The position numbers and the translations under genes were made by a program. A model generated the notes under the pieces. The model saw only the letters and a program-made list of their open reading frames with translations, had not been told where the DNA came from and did no database searches. DNA of 64,000 nucleotides. It comes from Heptranchias perlo. Taxonomy: Eukaryota. The stretch covers positions 10,664,001 through 10,728,000 of the forward strand of contig NC_090356.1 in NCBI RefSeq assembly GCF_035084215.1. The letters run 5' to 3'. Shown piece by piece: positions 12,061 to 24,343 of this stretch; the stretch's first letter is position 1; each line of letters opens with the position of its first letter.

Positions 12061-12397
12061 GTATCCCTAGGTTACTAGTGCCATAGATTTCCCTAGTGTA
12101 CTAGTGTCATAGATACCCCTAGGTGACTAGTGCCATAGATACCCCTAGGTTACTAGTGCCATAGATTTCCCTAGTGTACTAGTGTCATAGGTACCCCTAG
12201 GTTACTAGTGTCATAGATACCCCCAGGTGACTAGTGCCATAGATACCCTTAGGTTACTAATGCGATAGATGTCTGAGTATACTAGTGTAATAGGTACCCC
12301 TAGGTTACTAGTGCCATAGATGTCCCGAGTTTATTGGTGTCATAGATACCCCAAAGTTACGAGTGCCATAGATGTCCCGAGTGTACTATTGTCATAG
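12061..12397. repeat. 26-bp minisatellite, 13 copies
   Basis: Consensus atacccctaggttactagtgccatag. Every unit ends in atag, and one unit is 25 bp. Confidence 0.95.
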
Positions 12398-13889
12398 ATG
12401 AAGGCCCAAGAGAGGGTCACCAGTCAGTCCTCTCAGATGGGGCGAAAGCACGATTGAGAAAAAAAGTATCCACCAAAAATTAAAACACTCAACAGGAAAA
12501 TGTTTTTTTTTTGTCAATTCCACCAACAGAGGACATGTTACCACTGAGTGGACAATCAGGCTCTTTTGAACCAAATGGAACAGAAAAGGGGAAGATACAA
12601 CACGTGCACCATCAAAAGGAATGACATTTTATGTACTCACCCCAGTCTCTCAGTGCTTCCCCCTCGCAAGATCCATGTAGGCGCCGGCCGTCTCTAACTG
12701 AAATGATAACAGTATAGGGTAAGTTTTGTGAGGTACCTCCAGTGTGATGGAGGCTTGAAAAATTTCCCCTTAAATTCCCTCCCTCAAAAAGATAAAAATC
12801 ACGACACACATATTTGTACTTTCCTGGGTTTGATTTATTCTAAATTCCTCTCAAGTTGCTGTTAATGTAAGAAGTTTTACTTTTCCCGATCAGTCACAAC
12901 TAACTCAGTTCCTTCATTCCGGAAAATTAAGGACAAATTACAGTAATAAAAGTGATTCAGATGTCTGTGTGGTCAGCAGGCCCCTCACCCTCTCAAAACC
13001 ACACACTCACTGGAATACCACCAAGCCACATCTGGTGAACGTGTCGAACACTAAAGTACCGAGTTCAAGAGCACTTTTTTTCAGCCAGAGATCTTAAATG
13101 CATCAAGTGCTTGAAAGCGCAGGATTTAAAATACTCCAGCCGCAGTTCACAGAGGACCGTCAGGTGAATTCAAAATACAGAACTTGACATTTGAGATCTC
13201 TACATCTGCATTTCAAGCTTCAAGTCCTCAACAATTTTGTCCTGTATACCTTCAGTGTTGTGAGGTGGAAAGGACAGTGTTGGGAGACTGGAAATAGATT
13301 ACAACAATCACACCCCACACTACACCACTGGTGCAGTTTAGTTCTACACTTGTCTTGGCTTGGCTTTTCTTCAAGTAGAAACTGGGGGAGCCAACTGACT
13401 CACTGCTGCCAAATAATGGATAGAAAACCCTGTGGAACACTGGGAATCCTCAACACTACGTGTTTACTTCAGTGTTCGACAAAACCCATGTCTATCCAGT
13501 AAGGGAAAAAAGAAGGGCCCCCTTTGTTAGGCTGCAGAGAAAACCCAATCAAACAAGTACACACCAAATCCTTGCAGACCAGTGGACTTGAAGATGGCAT
13601 GGCAGAATCCATTTTCTCGAACAATGAAATGGCGTCAGCTGACTGTAGGCCCTGCCAGACTATCACTGGAGCAACACTACAAGAGCTGCTAGTACACAAG
13701 GAAGACCTCCACGTGCATGCTGGGAAAACGAGGGCCTTTTGTCTATGCGAAAAGTTCATCCAGAATGTTAATGACGGACGTTCATTCACTACATGTCCCG
13801 TTTCTGAAACTTTCTCCCAGAGAGTGCCATCTTGTGGAACTCTGTCCCTTGTATTTAGATGCTCAGGTGCACAGTTACCCATTAAAAAG

Positions 13890-14304
13890 ACTTAGATTTA
13901 TACAGTGTCTTTCATGACCTCAGAACGTCCTAACAGCCAATTAAGTACTTTTGAAGTGCAGTCACAGTTGTAATGTAGGAAACGCAGCAGCTAATTTGCA
14001 CACAGCAAGGTCCCACAAACAGCAATGTGATAATGACCAGATAATCTGTTTTATTGATGTTGGTTGAGGGATAAATAATGGCCAGAACATTGGGGAGAAC
14101 TTTCCTGCTTTTCTTCCAATAGTGCTGTGGGATCTTTTACGTCCACCTGAGGGGGCAGACGGGGCCTCGGTTTAACGTCTCATCCGAAAGACGGCACCTC
14201 CGACAGTGCAGCATTCCCCCAGTACTGCACTGGGAGTGTCAGCCTGGATTATGCGCTCAAGTCCCTGGAGTGGGACTTGAGCCAACAACCTTCTGACTCA
14301 GGGG
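13890..14304 (-). mobile_element. Deu-domain tRNA-SINE (SacSINE1/AmnSINE1-like)
   Basis: Reverse complement contains the Deu-domain core ggaggtgccgtctttcggatgagacgttaaaccgaggccccgtctgcc...caggtggacgtaaaagatccc and an L2-like tail. Confidence 0.9.
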
Positions 14305-14859
14305 TCTGCTGAATCTGTGTTGCTGACTTGCACGTTACATGACGGGAAATCTGTCATTGGTCATCGGTACCCCAGTAGAGCTTCTTTGGAACTTCCTGTG
14401 GTCGCAGCATTCATCAGCATCCAAGTCATAAGGCATCTGTCCACATTACTCTTTGCTTTGGCTGTCGCCTGTGGCTGTGTCACTTGTATCAAAAATCCCT
14501 TTCCACATGAACTGCCCTCTCTATCAGCATGTCAATGAGCAGCCATGTTTGCAAATCAAAAAAGTGGAACTCAATCCAAACACCTAAAGAAGGCCAGTTC
14601 TCGTTCACAGAAGATTTATAATCTTTTATTGGCATTTGATAGCCAGGGTCCTTACATCGGCACTTCTAGTATTCAGTTGCCATGTCTCAGCCCTGCAAAC
14701 AAGTGAACCCTGTACCATTTCAATCTGTTCTGAGCCAAATATTCATAAAGGAGCAGCTCTTTCTTGGCTTTTTAAACGATCTTTCCATCTGTTAGTTCTG
14801 CACTGCAGCTCGACGCAGATACTCCCATTATTGGAAATTTAATTATGTTTAACTAGGGT

Positions 14860-15180
14860 GCTGCTAATGGTTCTGCTGCTGCCATTTACACCTCCTCTGG
14901 ACCCATCTTTTGCCTCTTTACTTGTCCCATTACCACCCTCTTTTGCCTTGCACCATCATCCCTTTTAATCACGCCTGCCCTCCACCTTGTCACAGATCTT
15001 CCCCATTGTTCCCCCCACCCCCCACCCCACCCCGAGCTCTAAACTTGCTTAAAATCTGTTAAATCTCTAACTTCTTCCAGTTCTGACAAAAGATCATCGC
15101 CCTGTGATGTTAACTCTGTTTCTCTCTGCACGGATGCTGCCCGACATGCTGAGTGATTTCCAGCATTTTCTGTTTTTATG
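14860..15180 (+). mobile_element. Penelope-like element 3' region with decayed hammerhead motif
   Basis: A pyrimidine-rich stretch, then ccagttctgacaaaagatcatcgccctgtgatgttaactctgtttctctc...ttccagcattttctgttttta. Homologous to the copies at 42430, 54133 and 63001. Confidence 0.6.
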
Positions 15181-15518
15181 TGAATCTATTAATAACTTCA
15201 ATATCTCACCCTTTAAGTCAACGTTTATGATGTAATAATCTTTGCCTTTGCTGCATGGATTAGCAGCTGAAAAATTTAGCCTAAATTTCAACATTTCTCA
15301 GTTGATGAGGTGTCTTTAGGAGAGGGCGCAAAGCGTTTTGTCTTCTTGGGCCACATAGGTGCAGACCATGGAGGTGGGTGATCGGGAGCACATAGAAAGT
15401 TTAGATCTACGTTCCCATGAATTGGCACCTATCTCAAGTTGCTGACACTAACAGATCTCGGGTGGTCTGATTTAGCATTTATCCACCAATTAGGCAGCAG
15501 CGCTAAGAGCAGCTCTGT

Positions 15519-15925
15519 CAACAACTTGCATTTATTATAGGGCCTTTAACGTAGTAAAACGTCCCGAGGCGCTTCACAGGAGTGATTATCAAACAAAATC
15601 TGACACCGAGCCACACAAGGAGATATTAGGACAAGTGACCAAAAGCTTGGTCAAAGAGGTAGGTTTTAAGGAGCGTCTTGAAGGAGGAGAGAGAGGTGGA
15701 GAGGCGGAGAGGTTTGGGGAGGGAATTCCAGAGCTTAGAGCCGAAGCAGCTGAAGGCACGGCCGCCTACGGTGGAGCGATGAAAATCGGGGATGCGCAAG
15801 AGGCCAGAATTGGAGGAGCGCAAAGATCTCAGAGGGTTGTAGGGCTGGAGGAGTTGACAGAGATAGGGAGGGGCGAGTCCATGGAGGGATTTTGAAAACA
15901 AGGATAAGAATTTTAAAAATCGAGG
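15519..15925 (-). mobile_element. L2-clade LINE 3' fragment
   Basis: Encodes KSLHGLAPPYL..LL.PY.P.RSLRSS.SGLLRIP....TVGGRAFS....KLWNSLP..LR...SLSSFKTLLKTYLF, a typical L2 ORF2 C-terminus. Confidence 0.92.
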
Positions 15926-16906
15926 CTAACAAAATCAAGCAGGGCAAACCAGTGAGCAAGAAATATAACCACTAATAGGACTGGGCATCGAGGGCTAGAA
16001 TGTCAGGGCTCAGGGGCCTCATGCAGCCCACGGGCTGAGGCATGGACACCCTGCTCCAGAATCCTGGACACATTTGAAAATCCAAGTTACTTAATTCTTG
16101 ACCCATCTGCCTATTTAATTCCAAGTCTTTGGGTGATGAAACGGACAGTTGCCCAATCAATGGCAAGTTCCACCGAATGAGTGGAACAGGACATGACCCA
16201 GTCAAACCCTAATACAGAACCTGAACCACTGACTCCAGTCTCTTAATGTTTATGTGATAAACTAAAATCCTCAGTTCAGATTTTGAATAACACAAATGAC
16301 CTTCATGGCCCAACCACACTCCTGCTCGATATTCCTTCAGGAATCTCTGAGTGGGCTGTCAAAACATTAACCAATCTAAGAAATTGATGAATCAGGCTTG
16401 CTGGAATGCCAGGAATTACTCAGTAATGCGGTATAGAGTGAATATTTTCCTCGCGTACAATCTGAACCTGGCTGGCAGTTTCTTAAATCCAATACAGGCT
16501 GCTGGTTTGATCCCTTTAACTATTACTGTGCTGAGGACATCACCACACAGATAAAGCAGTGTTTGTTCGCCCCACATTTCCAGGTTGTCTTTCTTTGTCT
16601 TTCATCTGCTGGCCTGGACATTGGTAGAGTCTTAATGTAGCTAGTCACTTCCTTCTTGGATCTCTGCTACAATACCATCAGTTCTGATGGCTTTGTTATT
16701 TATTTATCGAGGTAATGAAAATTCCATCACGGGTTCCAAAAATATAAGTTATTTCACTCGTTTTCCCAAAAGATTCCTTACTGTGGTCAATGAATCAGAA
16801 ATTACTTTGTAGCTCATCCAATTGCCAAGTGGATGTAGGAAACGTTCCAGATTCAATTCCCACTCTACGATGTTAGCTGATTTCAGCCAGGCTGGTACTA
16901 AGGACG

Positions 16907-17797
16907 AGGGTGCAGTAGTGTAGTGGTTATCATGGTAGAGTAACAACCTAGCAATTGTGAGTTCAAATCCCACCATGGCAAGTTCAGAGAATCCTACAGC
17001 ACAGAAGGAGGCCATTTGGCCCATTAAGCCTATGCCGGTTCTCTGAAAGAGCTATCCAATTAGTCCCACTCCCCTGCTCTTTCCCCAGAGCCCTGTAATT
17101 ATTTTTCCTTTTCAAGTATTTATCCAATTCCCTTCTGAAAGTTACTATCGAAACTGCTTCCACCGCCCTTTCAGGCAGTGCATTCCAGATCTTAACAACT
17201 CACTGTGTAAAAAAAAATTCTCATCTCCCTTCTCGTTCTTCTGCCAATTAGCTTAAATCTATGTCCTCAGTTTGTCCTTATCTACTCTGTCTAAACCCCT
17301 CGTAAATTTGAACACCTCTATTAAATCTCCCCTTAACCTTCTTTGCTCGAAGGAGAACAATCTCAGCTTCTCTAGTCTCTCCACATAACTGAAGTCCCTC
17401 ATCCCTAGTATCATCCTGGTAAATCTCCACTGCACCCTTTCCAAGGCCTTGACATCCTTCCTACAGTGCGGTGCCCAGAATTGGACACAATATTCTGGCC
17501 GAGGGCTAACCAGTGATTTATAAAGGTTAAGCATAACTTTCTTATGAAAGGAAAGTTTTGAAACTGAATGCAATAAATCTAGTAATCTGTAGGCTAGCAC
17601 CAGAAAACTGGCCATGAAAACTGACAGGTTATTGGAAAAACCCAACTGATTTCCTGCTGTCCTTCAGGTTAAGGGAACGTGTCCTACCCATGACTCCGTG
17701 ATTGGCTCTTAGAACCTTCAGGCTATTCGGTTTACAAAAAACAAACGCCACAAAGCAAGAAGATGGCCCACCAGAATTGCACATATCCCAAGAACAA
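16907..17797 (+). mobile_element. tRNA-SINE (family C) split by a CR1 insertion
   Basis: A-box-like tagtgtagtgg and B-box gttcaaatcc at 16915-16972. The body resumes at ~17550, and the tail (aagaagatggcccacc...catatcccaagaac) resembles the 3' end of the LINE at 10357. Confidence 0.55.
16986..17545 (-). mobile_element. CR1 LINE 3' fragment
   Basis: Encodes [68 protein letters not shown], followed by the CR1 tail. Confidence 0.92.
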
Positions 17798-18624
17798 ATT
17801 TAAGAAAAAAATGCTACAGTTTGCTTTCACCGTTAAGGAAAGCAAACGTCAAACAGGGCTCCTATCCAGATTGCTATCCAGTGATGGGACGTTTGTGTTT
17901 ATACATGTTGGGCACAGTACCAGAAGAAGCCAGCGCACCTGGAACTGTACCCTGAGCGAGAGAGAGTCAGCACATTCAGGAGAAGTCAGAAAATTCAAAC
18001 TTAAGTTGCTTTGTGTGCTAGCTGTAGCTAAATCATGTACACGTTTACAAAGAGCATGTTTTTGATTTTGCTATGCCAAGTGCACAGAGGAAAGCTACGT
18101 ATTTTGTTAGCACAAAGCAAAAGTCCATGCTAACGCAAAGGGAGGTTTTTCACCACCGCCATTAATTTTGGAAGGAAAACCACAGGCTGGGGGGAACGGT
18201 ACAATTTCTCGATATCCACTCCTGGCATGTGCAGGTTGTGACAAAACAGAAAATCTCCCCTGCAATTTCCTGTGAACGTATACCTGACCCAAGTCCCAAA
18301 CAACTTTCCAGTCATTCTCTTTGTACACAGATTTCTGATCTGAGGATTTGAAAATTGATTTTTTTAAAAAGCGGCCATTTGTAAAAATCCTGATCAAAGC
18401 AGATTCTTGATCTGCGGATACAATTTTTTTGGCAGCTGGAGCACTGGATTTTGCCATCAGGCCGCTTTCAACTCGTCTGCTGTGGACTTACTGCCTTGTG
18501 GCACAGATCGATGTCAAGGTGAAGAGGTAGGGGCCCGAGGAGTCACCAAGTCACAAATTTATCACCAAAGGGGAACCTGAAGCTCATAATTAATTATGCT
18601 TTAATATCCAGAAATAAGGAGAAG

Positions 18625-18780
18625 CTTGACAAGTGTGTGAGGAAGAAAGGAATAGGACGTTATGCTGGTAGGGTTAGATGAAGTAATGTTGGAGGAGGCT
18701 CGTGTGGAGCATAAACAATCGGCATGGACCTGATGGGCCGAATGGCCTGTTTCTGTGCTGTAAATTCTATGTAATTCTCT
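18625..18780 (+). mobile_element. CR1 3' end
   Basis: gatgggccgaatggcctgtttctgtgctgtaaattctatgtaattct. Confidence 0.85.
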
Positions 18781-18894
18781 GTAAAATGAAGGTTGCCATT
18801 AGATTGGATGTTTGCTTTAAACAGAATTTTGAAGCTCAGGTTTCTGGAGTCACTCCCAAAGCTTTTCTGGAGCAAAATCAGAAAACATACCACT

Positions 18895-20470
18895 CATAGG
18901 AACACTGGAATGTACAGGACCGGAAAAGATCACTGTCCCAGTATCTGGGAAATATCACATCCCACAATACTTCTCGCACTTCCAGGCACTTATCGAACAT
19001 CCTACTGAGTTTCCTGATCGGCCCCCATTGCCTCCCTTCCATTCCCTACACTTACCTTCTGGGAAATAGTTAAATCTAAACTGCCTTTTCTCCACCCTTT
19101 TTATCAGTTTGAGGCGATGCCCTCTTGTTGTAGAATGTGAGACTATCTTAAACATGTTGATATTTGTCTTGGCCCTTTAAGAGAGTATCTGGTAGGGTAT
19201 TCCACTGCTTCACTGCTCTGTGTAAAAATGTTTCTCCTGCTCTCTGTCCTAAATCTCTTACATTTAATGTTACATCAATGTCCCCTTGTTTTAAATCCCT
19301 CAATCACTGGGAACACTCGATCTACTCTGTTCGAGCCCTTCATAATTTCTATCAAATCACTCCATGATCTCCTCTGTTCTAACGAAACAGCCCAAATTTT
19401 TCAAGTCTTTCTTCACTTTGTATTTCCTCACACCAAGCAGTACCCTAGTGAATCTGCTCTGTACCCTCTCTATTGCCTCAACATTCTTCCCATAGCTACT
19501 TTTTATATAAATTCATCATTACATCTTGCAGAACCAAGAATGTGGGTAACGTATTTATGCTTTCATTCTGCTGTATCTGTGCTGTACCCCCTCCAAGACG
19601 AATATATCTTTCCTGACGTTCTGTGCCCAAACTGAACACAGTACTCTATGCAAGGTCTGGCCATGGCTCGATACATTAAGGCATCACTTCCTCACTTCTG
19701 TATTTCAAACCTCTTGAGATAAAGACCAACATTCCATTAGCCTTTATGATTACTTTTCATATCTGTGCACATGGGACACTGAAACCTCTTTGCTTCTCCA
19801 CAGCTCCTAATCTCTCGCCATTATGAAAATATTCAGATTTGTCTTTTTCGGATCCAAAGTGGGTGACCTCACACTTCCCCACATTGGATTCCATTTACCG
19901 TATTTTTGCCCACCTAGTCTGTATCTGTCCCTTTGTAACTTCCTGCTCCCATCTGCACAACTTACTGTGCCTCCTAACTTAGTGCCATCCGCAATCTTGG
20001 ATATCCAACTCTCTATTCCCTAGTCCAAGTCATTGAGCTGAGGCCCTGGTACAGATCCCTGGGGAACAACACTCGTCACATCCTGCCAATAAGAGAACGT
20101 TCCCATGATCCATACTCTCAGTTTCCTACCTTCCAATCAATTACCTATTCATGTCACAAGGTTACCTCCAATTCCATGAGCTTTCATTTTTTACTAATAA
20201 TTGATTGTAGGGAAACTTATCAAATGCCTTCTGAAAGTTCATAGAGAGAACATTCATAGACACTCAGCTATCCACCGGGCGAGTGACCTCCTCAAAAAAT
20301 TTAACCAAATTCAGACATGACCTACCCATCACAAATCCATGTTGACATTCTTTGATCAGCTCATACAATCAGTCTGTCTCTGATAATAGGTTCCAGTAAC
20401 TTCCTGACTATTGATGTTAAATTGACAGGTCTGCAGTTGCCTGGTTTCTTAAATAATGGAGTGACATTGC
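18895..20470 (-). mobile_element. Cluster of old, decayed CR1 ORF2 fragments
   Basis: Minus-strand remnants of TRGHRLKL, FLHRAVKQWN, EYCVQFG and ADGTKLGG, plus ttccagtaacttcc...ttgacaggtctgcagtt (NYRPV-like). Confidence 0.7.
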
Positions 20471-21594
20471 AATTCCTGTTAGGTCAGGGGATGCAGAGCT
20501 ATCAGTTCCAGAATCAGGTTAAGAAACTTGATGGGAGATTTGGAAACGTAGACTAGATGGACCAATATTCCCCTCCCCATAACATCACACATGATATTAT
20601 ATTTTGGGGATAATTTTTACAAAAGACATTTTCATCCACTTTTTTCAAAAAGTTTCTTTTCTCTTCTTTCTCCTCGCTAACAATCAGCTGAATATTACCT
20701 GCTACTTCACTGGAAAACTGACCGTAGTTGAAACATTTACACGTCTTTAGCAGAACAGGAACAGCTTAAAAAAAAGAGGTGACATGAAAAAAGAACCCTC
20801 ATAGTATGTGGCCAATTACCTTAAAGTGGCCACATCCTTTAATTTTCCCAGCAGCCCTTCAAACAATTCCTGCCCTTCCCCTCCTCCCTCGCTCAGCTCC
20901 CAGCAACAGGTCCAATATGCAGTTTGCTACAAATAGTTAATCAGGGCATTGCTGGCCCCAGAAAATTCGTGGGAGCTCAGCCATGCTGGAAATTAGCAAC
21001 ATTACACTTGTTGATCTGTGGGATTGCCAGATTTAAGTGGCCTGTGGTAGATCTGCCCAGTTTTGTGTAGGACTTCTCTCCTCATGTATCATGAGTGAGG
21101 AATAGTGGACAGTTATCAGCACTTCCCCATTCCAATTCATGGTGTGACTGAGGCAGAATTTCAAGATGTCACACGAGGAGGGAGTTTTACTCTAAATATT
21201 TGCTCTCGGGCTCTAGAACTATCGCTTCTACAGCATTAAAACTGATTAATAGGAGTAGCAGAGATGTGTTATTAAGAGTACAGTTACTTCCTTACCAAAA
21301 ATTAGGTCAGTTTAACAATTCCGAGAATAGATTTTCCCTTTAATCTAACTTCAGAGACGCACCCCTACTGTACTAGGTTGGCACTTCAATTTCCCACACC
21401 AGCCACCTTACGGTCTCTGAGTGAGAGCGCCAACTTTTTTTTTACTAATTTGCGGGCATGTTGCACTGTGAACCTGTGCCCACCAGGAATTAGATTTTGA
21501 CTGCCCCTAGCACAAAGAAGCCTCAAAGGCAGCAGAGACTGGAGATTTTTTATCATCTTATCCATTTCGTCCGGATTCAGTCCAGTTCACAGAG

Positions 21595-21960
21595 GTGGAA
21601 ATGATGAGGGGCACAGATAGGATGGATACTAAGGAGCTTTTTCCCTTCGTTGAGGGTTCTATAACAAGGGGACATAGATTCAAGGTAAAAGGCGGGAGGT
21701 TTAGAGGGGATTTGAGAAAGAACTTTTTCACCCAGAGGGTGGTTGGAGTCTGGAACTCACTGCCTGGGAGGGTTGTGGAGGCAGGAACCCTCACAACATT
21801 CAAGAAGCATTTGGATGAGCACTTGAAATGCCATAGCATACAAGGCTACGGACCAAATGCTGGAATATGGGATTAGAGTAGACAGGGCTTGATGGCCGGC
21901 GCGGACACGATGGGCCGAAGGGCCTCTATCCGTGCTGTATAACTCTCTGACTCTATGATG
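21595..21960 (+). mobile_element. Young CR1 3' fragment
   Basis: Encodes TRGHRFKVKGGRFRGDLRKNFFTQRVVGVWNSLPGRVVEA..L.TFKKHLD, followed by the tail gatgggccgaagggcc...gtgctgtataactctctgactctatga. Confidence 0.92.
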
Positions 21961-22047
21961 TGATAGTCGGTTTGTGTGTGCTCCTTTTAGAAGATTGGGG
22001 TCTTTAAGCCTTTATTCCTGTCAAGATCATCCTTTTAGCAGCATGTT

Positions 22048-23031
22048 CAGGGGCTACATTTAACTTGTGGGGGCTCCGTGCAAAGGCTCGGTTTGGGGCC
22101 CCTATATTTTACCAGGCAATAATACTAAATACTAAGTAATATACACTTAGCATGGTGTCAAATCAGGTATCTGAACTTTGTCACCTGTTTACTTGCTGCC
22201 TTTAAAAAAAATTAAAAACAAAGACAATCGGATGAGCTAAAAGAATAAAAAGAGGTAAAAAGGAAACACATGAGAACTCGGTCAGGATCTGACTCTGCAA
22301 CAGATTTGATTTAGTTTATAATTGTATGTGTTACACATGCAGTTATCTTTAGTATTCATATTCCACTGTTAAGCTTTAGGGACTTCTAGGTGTTCCTATT
22401 CAGCCCCTGATAAGTGCAATGTCATTTCCCAGTATATAGAATTACTTGAAGATTTTATGTGCAAACATTAGTAAACAGGTCAGAGGAGACAGTAAGTACA
22501 CCAGTGCAACCAATTACACTTATGGCAAGAAGTAAGAATCTTTTTGTTAAATAAAAGCTACTGGGAGAGGTATTTGCTCTGGAGAAAGCCTTTGGGAGAA
22601 GAGAGGCATCAGAGAAAGGACCTTCTCTAGCTACAAAGAATTACATACAAGAGCATTAAGATCAGAAATGTGCGGTCAGAGCAAGCATCGTTTATGATTG
22701 AGAGTCAGGCTGGAATGCAGAGGTTGTGGGAGGGAGAAGGACACAGAATCATTGAGGCCCCATCAGAACTTTTGTCAGGAGTAGTCAGTGATTCCTTCAC
22801 TACGACCATACACCGAAGGGCATCGGTAAGCTCAGAGACTATTTACAGTCAGGAAGTATGTTACCGAATGAAAAAAAAATGTTGAATATTTATAATCTGC
22901 ATTTTAAAATATGAATGAAAGTACTGATAATTGTGCATATTTTATATTTATAAACATGCAGACTGGATCCCCTCAGGGCTCCTGTCTGGCTCGGGACCTC
23001 GTACAGTTGCACAGTCCTTACACCAGCCCTG
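22048..23031 (+). mobile_element. Decayed hAT-superfamily DNA transposon
   Basis: Ends cagggg.../...cagccctg with subterminal ggggcccc/gggctcc motifs. The flanks agcatgtt / atcatatt match at 6/8, as for an 8-bp TSD. There is a weak hATC-like remnant at ~22605-22710. Confidence 0.45.
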
Positions 23032-23670
23032 ATCATATTCTGACTTCATCTTCTCGGTCCCAGTTTATTAAATGAATGTGGGATTACCTCCACGACTGGG
23101 CTCCCTCTGCTGGGTACTTATGTTATTGCATAATTATATATAGTCTTAAAACTACCACATTGTACCTCCCAGTTGCTTATAACTGTACTTTATAAATTAG
23201 TTGTACTTCTTATTAAACAAGCTTAAAAAAAAATGGGCTTTGTAAATTTGTACCCAAGCAGCCAATACTGATAAGCTTATTACACTCTCATCCTGCTTTT
23301 GTATTGCAAAGCTGCCTCAGGAGCAGTTCTGTAATGCTGGCTGCAGCTCCCAGTGCAACTCCATATGCAACTTTCGTCAAGGGCCACCATTTTCCCCATT
23401 GGCTCGGCTCACCGTGGCTAAAAATATGGCCGTCTCTTCAAAGACACCTTGCTATTGGTGGTAGCGCTGCCATCAGAACCGTGGGTTACCACCACCTTCT
23501 TTGGTCGTACACTTTGGCGCTGTCAGCCCCAGTGTTATTGCACAGGGATGCTGGGATCAGTGACTTGGCAACCCAACTGGGGTTAAGGTGTGTTGAAGCA
23601 CTCCAGGTAAACCAAGATTTTAACCTGCCTGCCAGGAGATGAGCTGCGTCACTTCATAGTCAGTTTTGCT

Positions 23671-24343
23671 GTCAGCCATGGCTCAGCGGTAGCATGAAGG
23701 TTGTGGGTTCAAGTCCTACTCCAGAGACTGAGCAAATAATCCAGGCTGATACTCCAGTACAGTACTGAGGGAATGCTGCACTGTTGGAGATGCCGTCTTT
23801 CAGATAAGATGTTAAACCAAGTTTGCCCTCTCAGGTGGACGTAAAAGATCCCATGGCACTATTCGAATTAGAGCGAGGGAGTTCTCCCCGGTGTCCTGAT
23901 CAATATTCCTCCCTCAACCAATCTCGCTAAAACAGATTATCTGCTCATTATCAAATTGCTGTTTGTGGGATGTTGCTTTGCGCAAATTGGCGGCTGCGTT
24001 TCCTACATTACAACAGTGACTACAATTCAAAAGGACTTAATTGGCTGCAAAGCAGTCACTCCTGCTCCAGCAGCCCTTCGGTACTTGGCTTAGGTGCTAT
24101 TCTTTCATTTGTAAGCAGGAACAGTTGAGTGTAGGCAGCGTATCTGAACTGTGGGAGCTTCACACCGAAGCCTGATGCTCAAGATCCACCCTACAACTTG
24201 ATTATAGTCAGTGACCCATTTGCACTGTGCATCCATAACAGGCACAGAGAATTCAGTTACTCATCTTCCTGCAGCCTCTTTTCCCTGACTGGGACCTCAA
24301 GATGTCCCGAGGTTGTGAAAGGCGCTGTATAAATGTAAGTTCC
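23671..24343 (+). mobile_element. Deu-domain tRNA-SINE interrupted by a ~245-bp inverted local copy
   Basis: Head tggctcagcggtagc...ggttcaagtcc, then the Deu core. The SINE stops at ttggctgcaaagc (24053) and resumes at ...gaggttgtgaaaggcgctgtataaatgtaag (~24309). Confidence 0.9.

Noticed and set aside
12061-12397. CRISPR-like array of short palindromic repeats
   Set aside because: The units are head-to-tail with no unique spacers, there are no cas genes, and the context is vertebrate.
13469-13895. Overlapping 137-aa and 123-aa ORFs on opposite strands
   Set aside because: No recognisable motifs or convincing splice sites; they may be decayed TE or chance.
23671-23730. tRNA genes (A/B-box-like motifs here and at 16915, 35145, 57030)
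   Set aside because: These are SINE heads that continue into SINE bodies, and no complete cloverleaf is visible.
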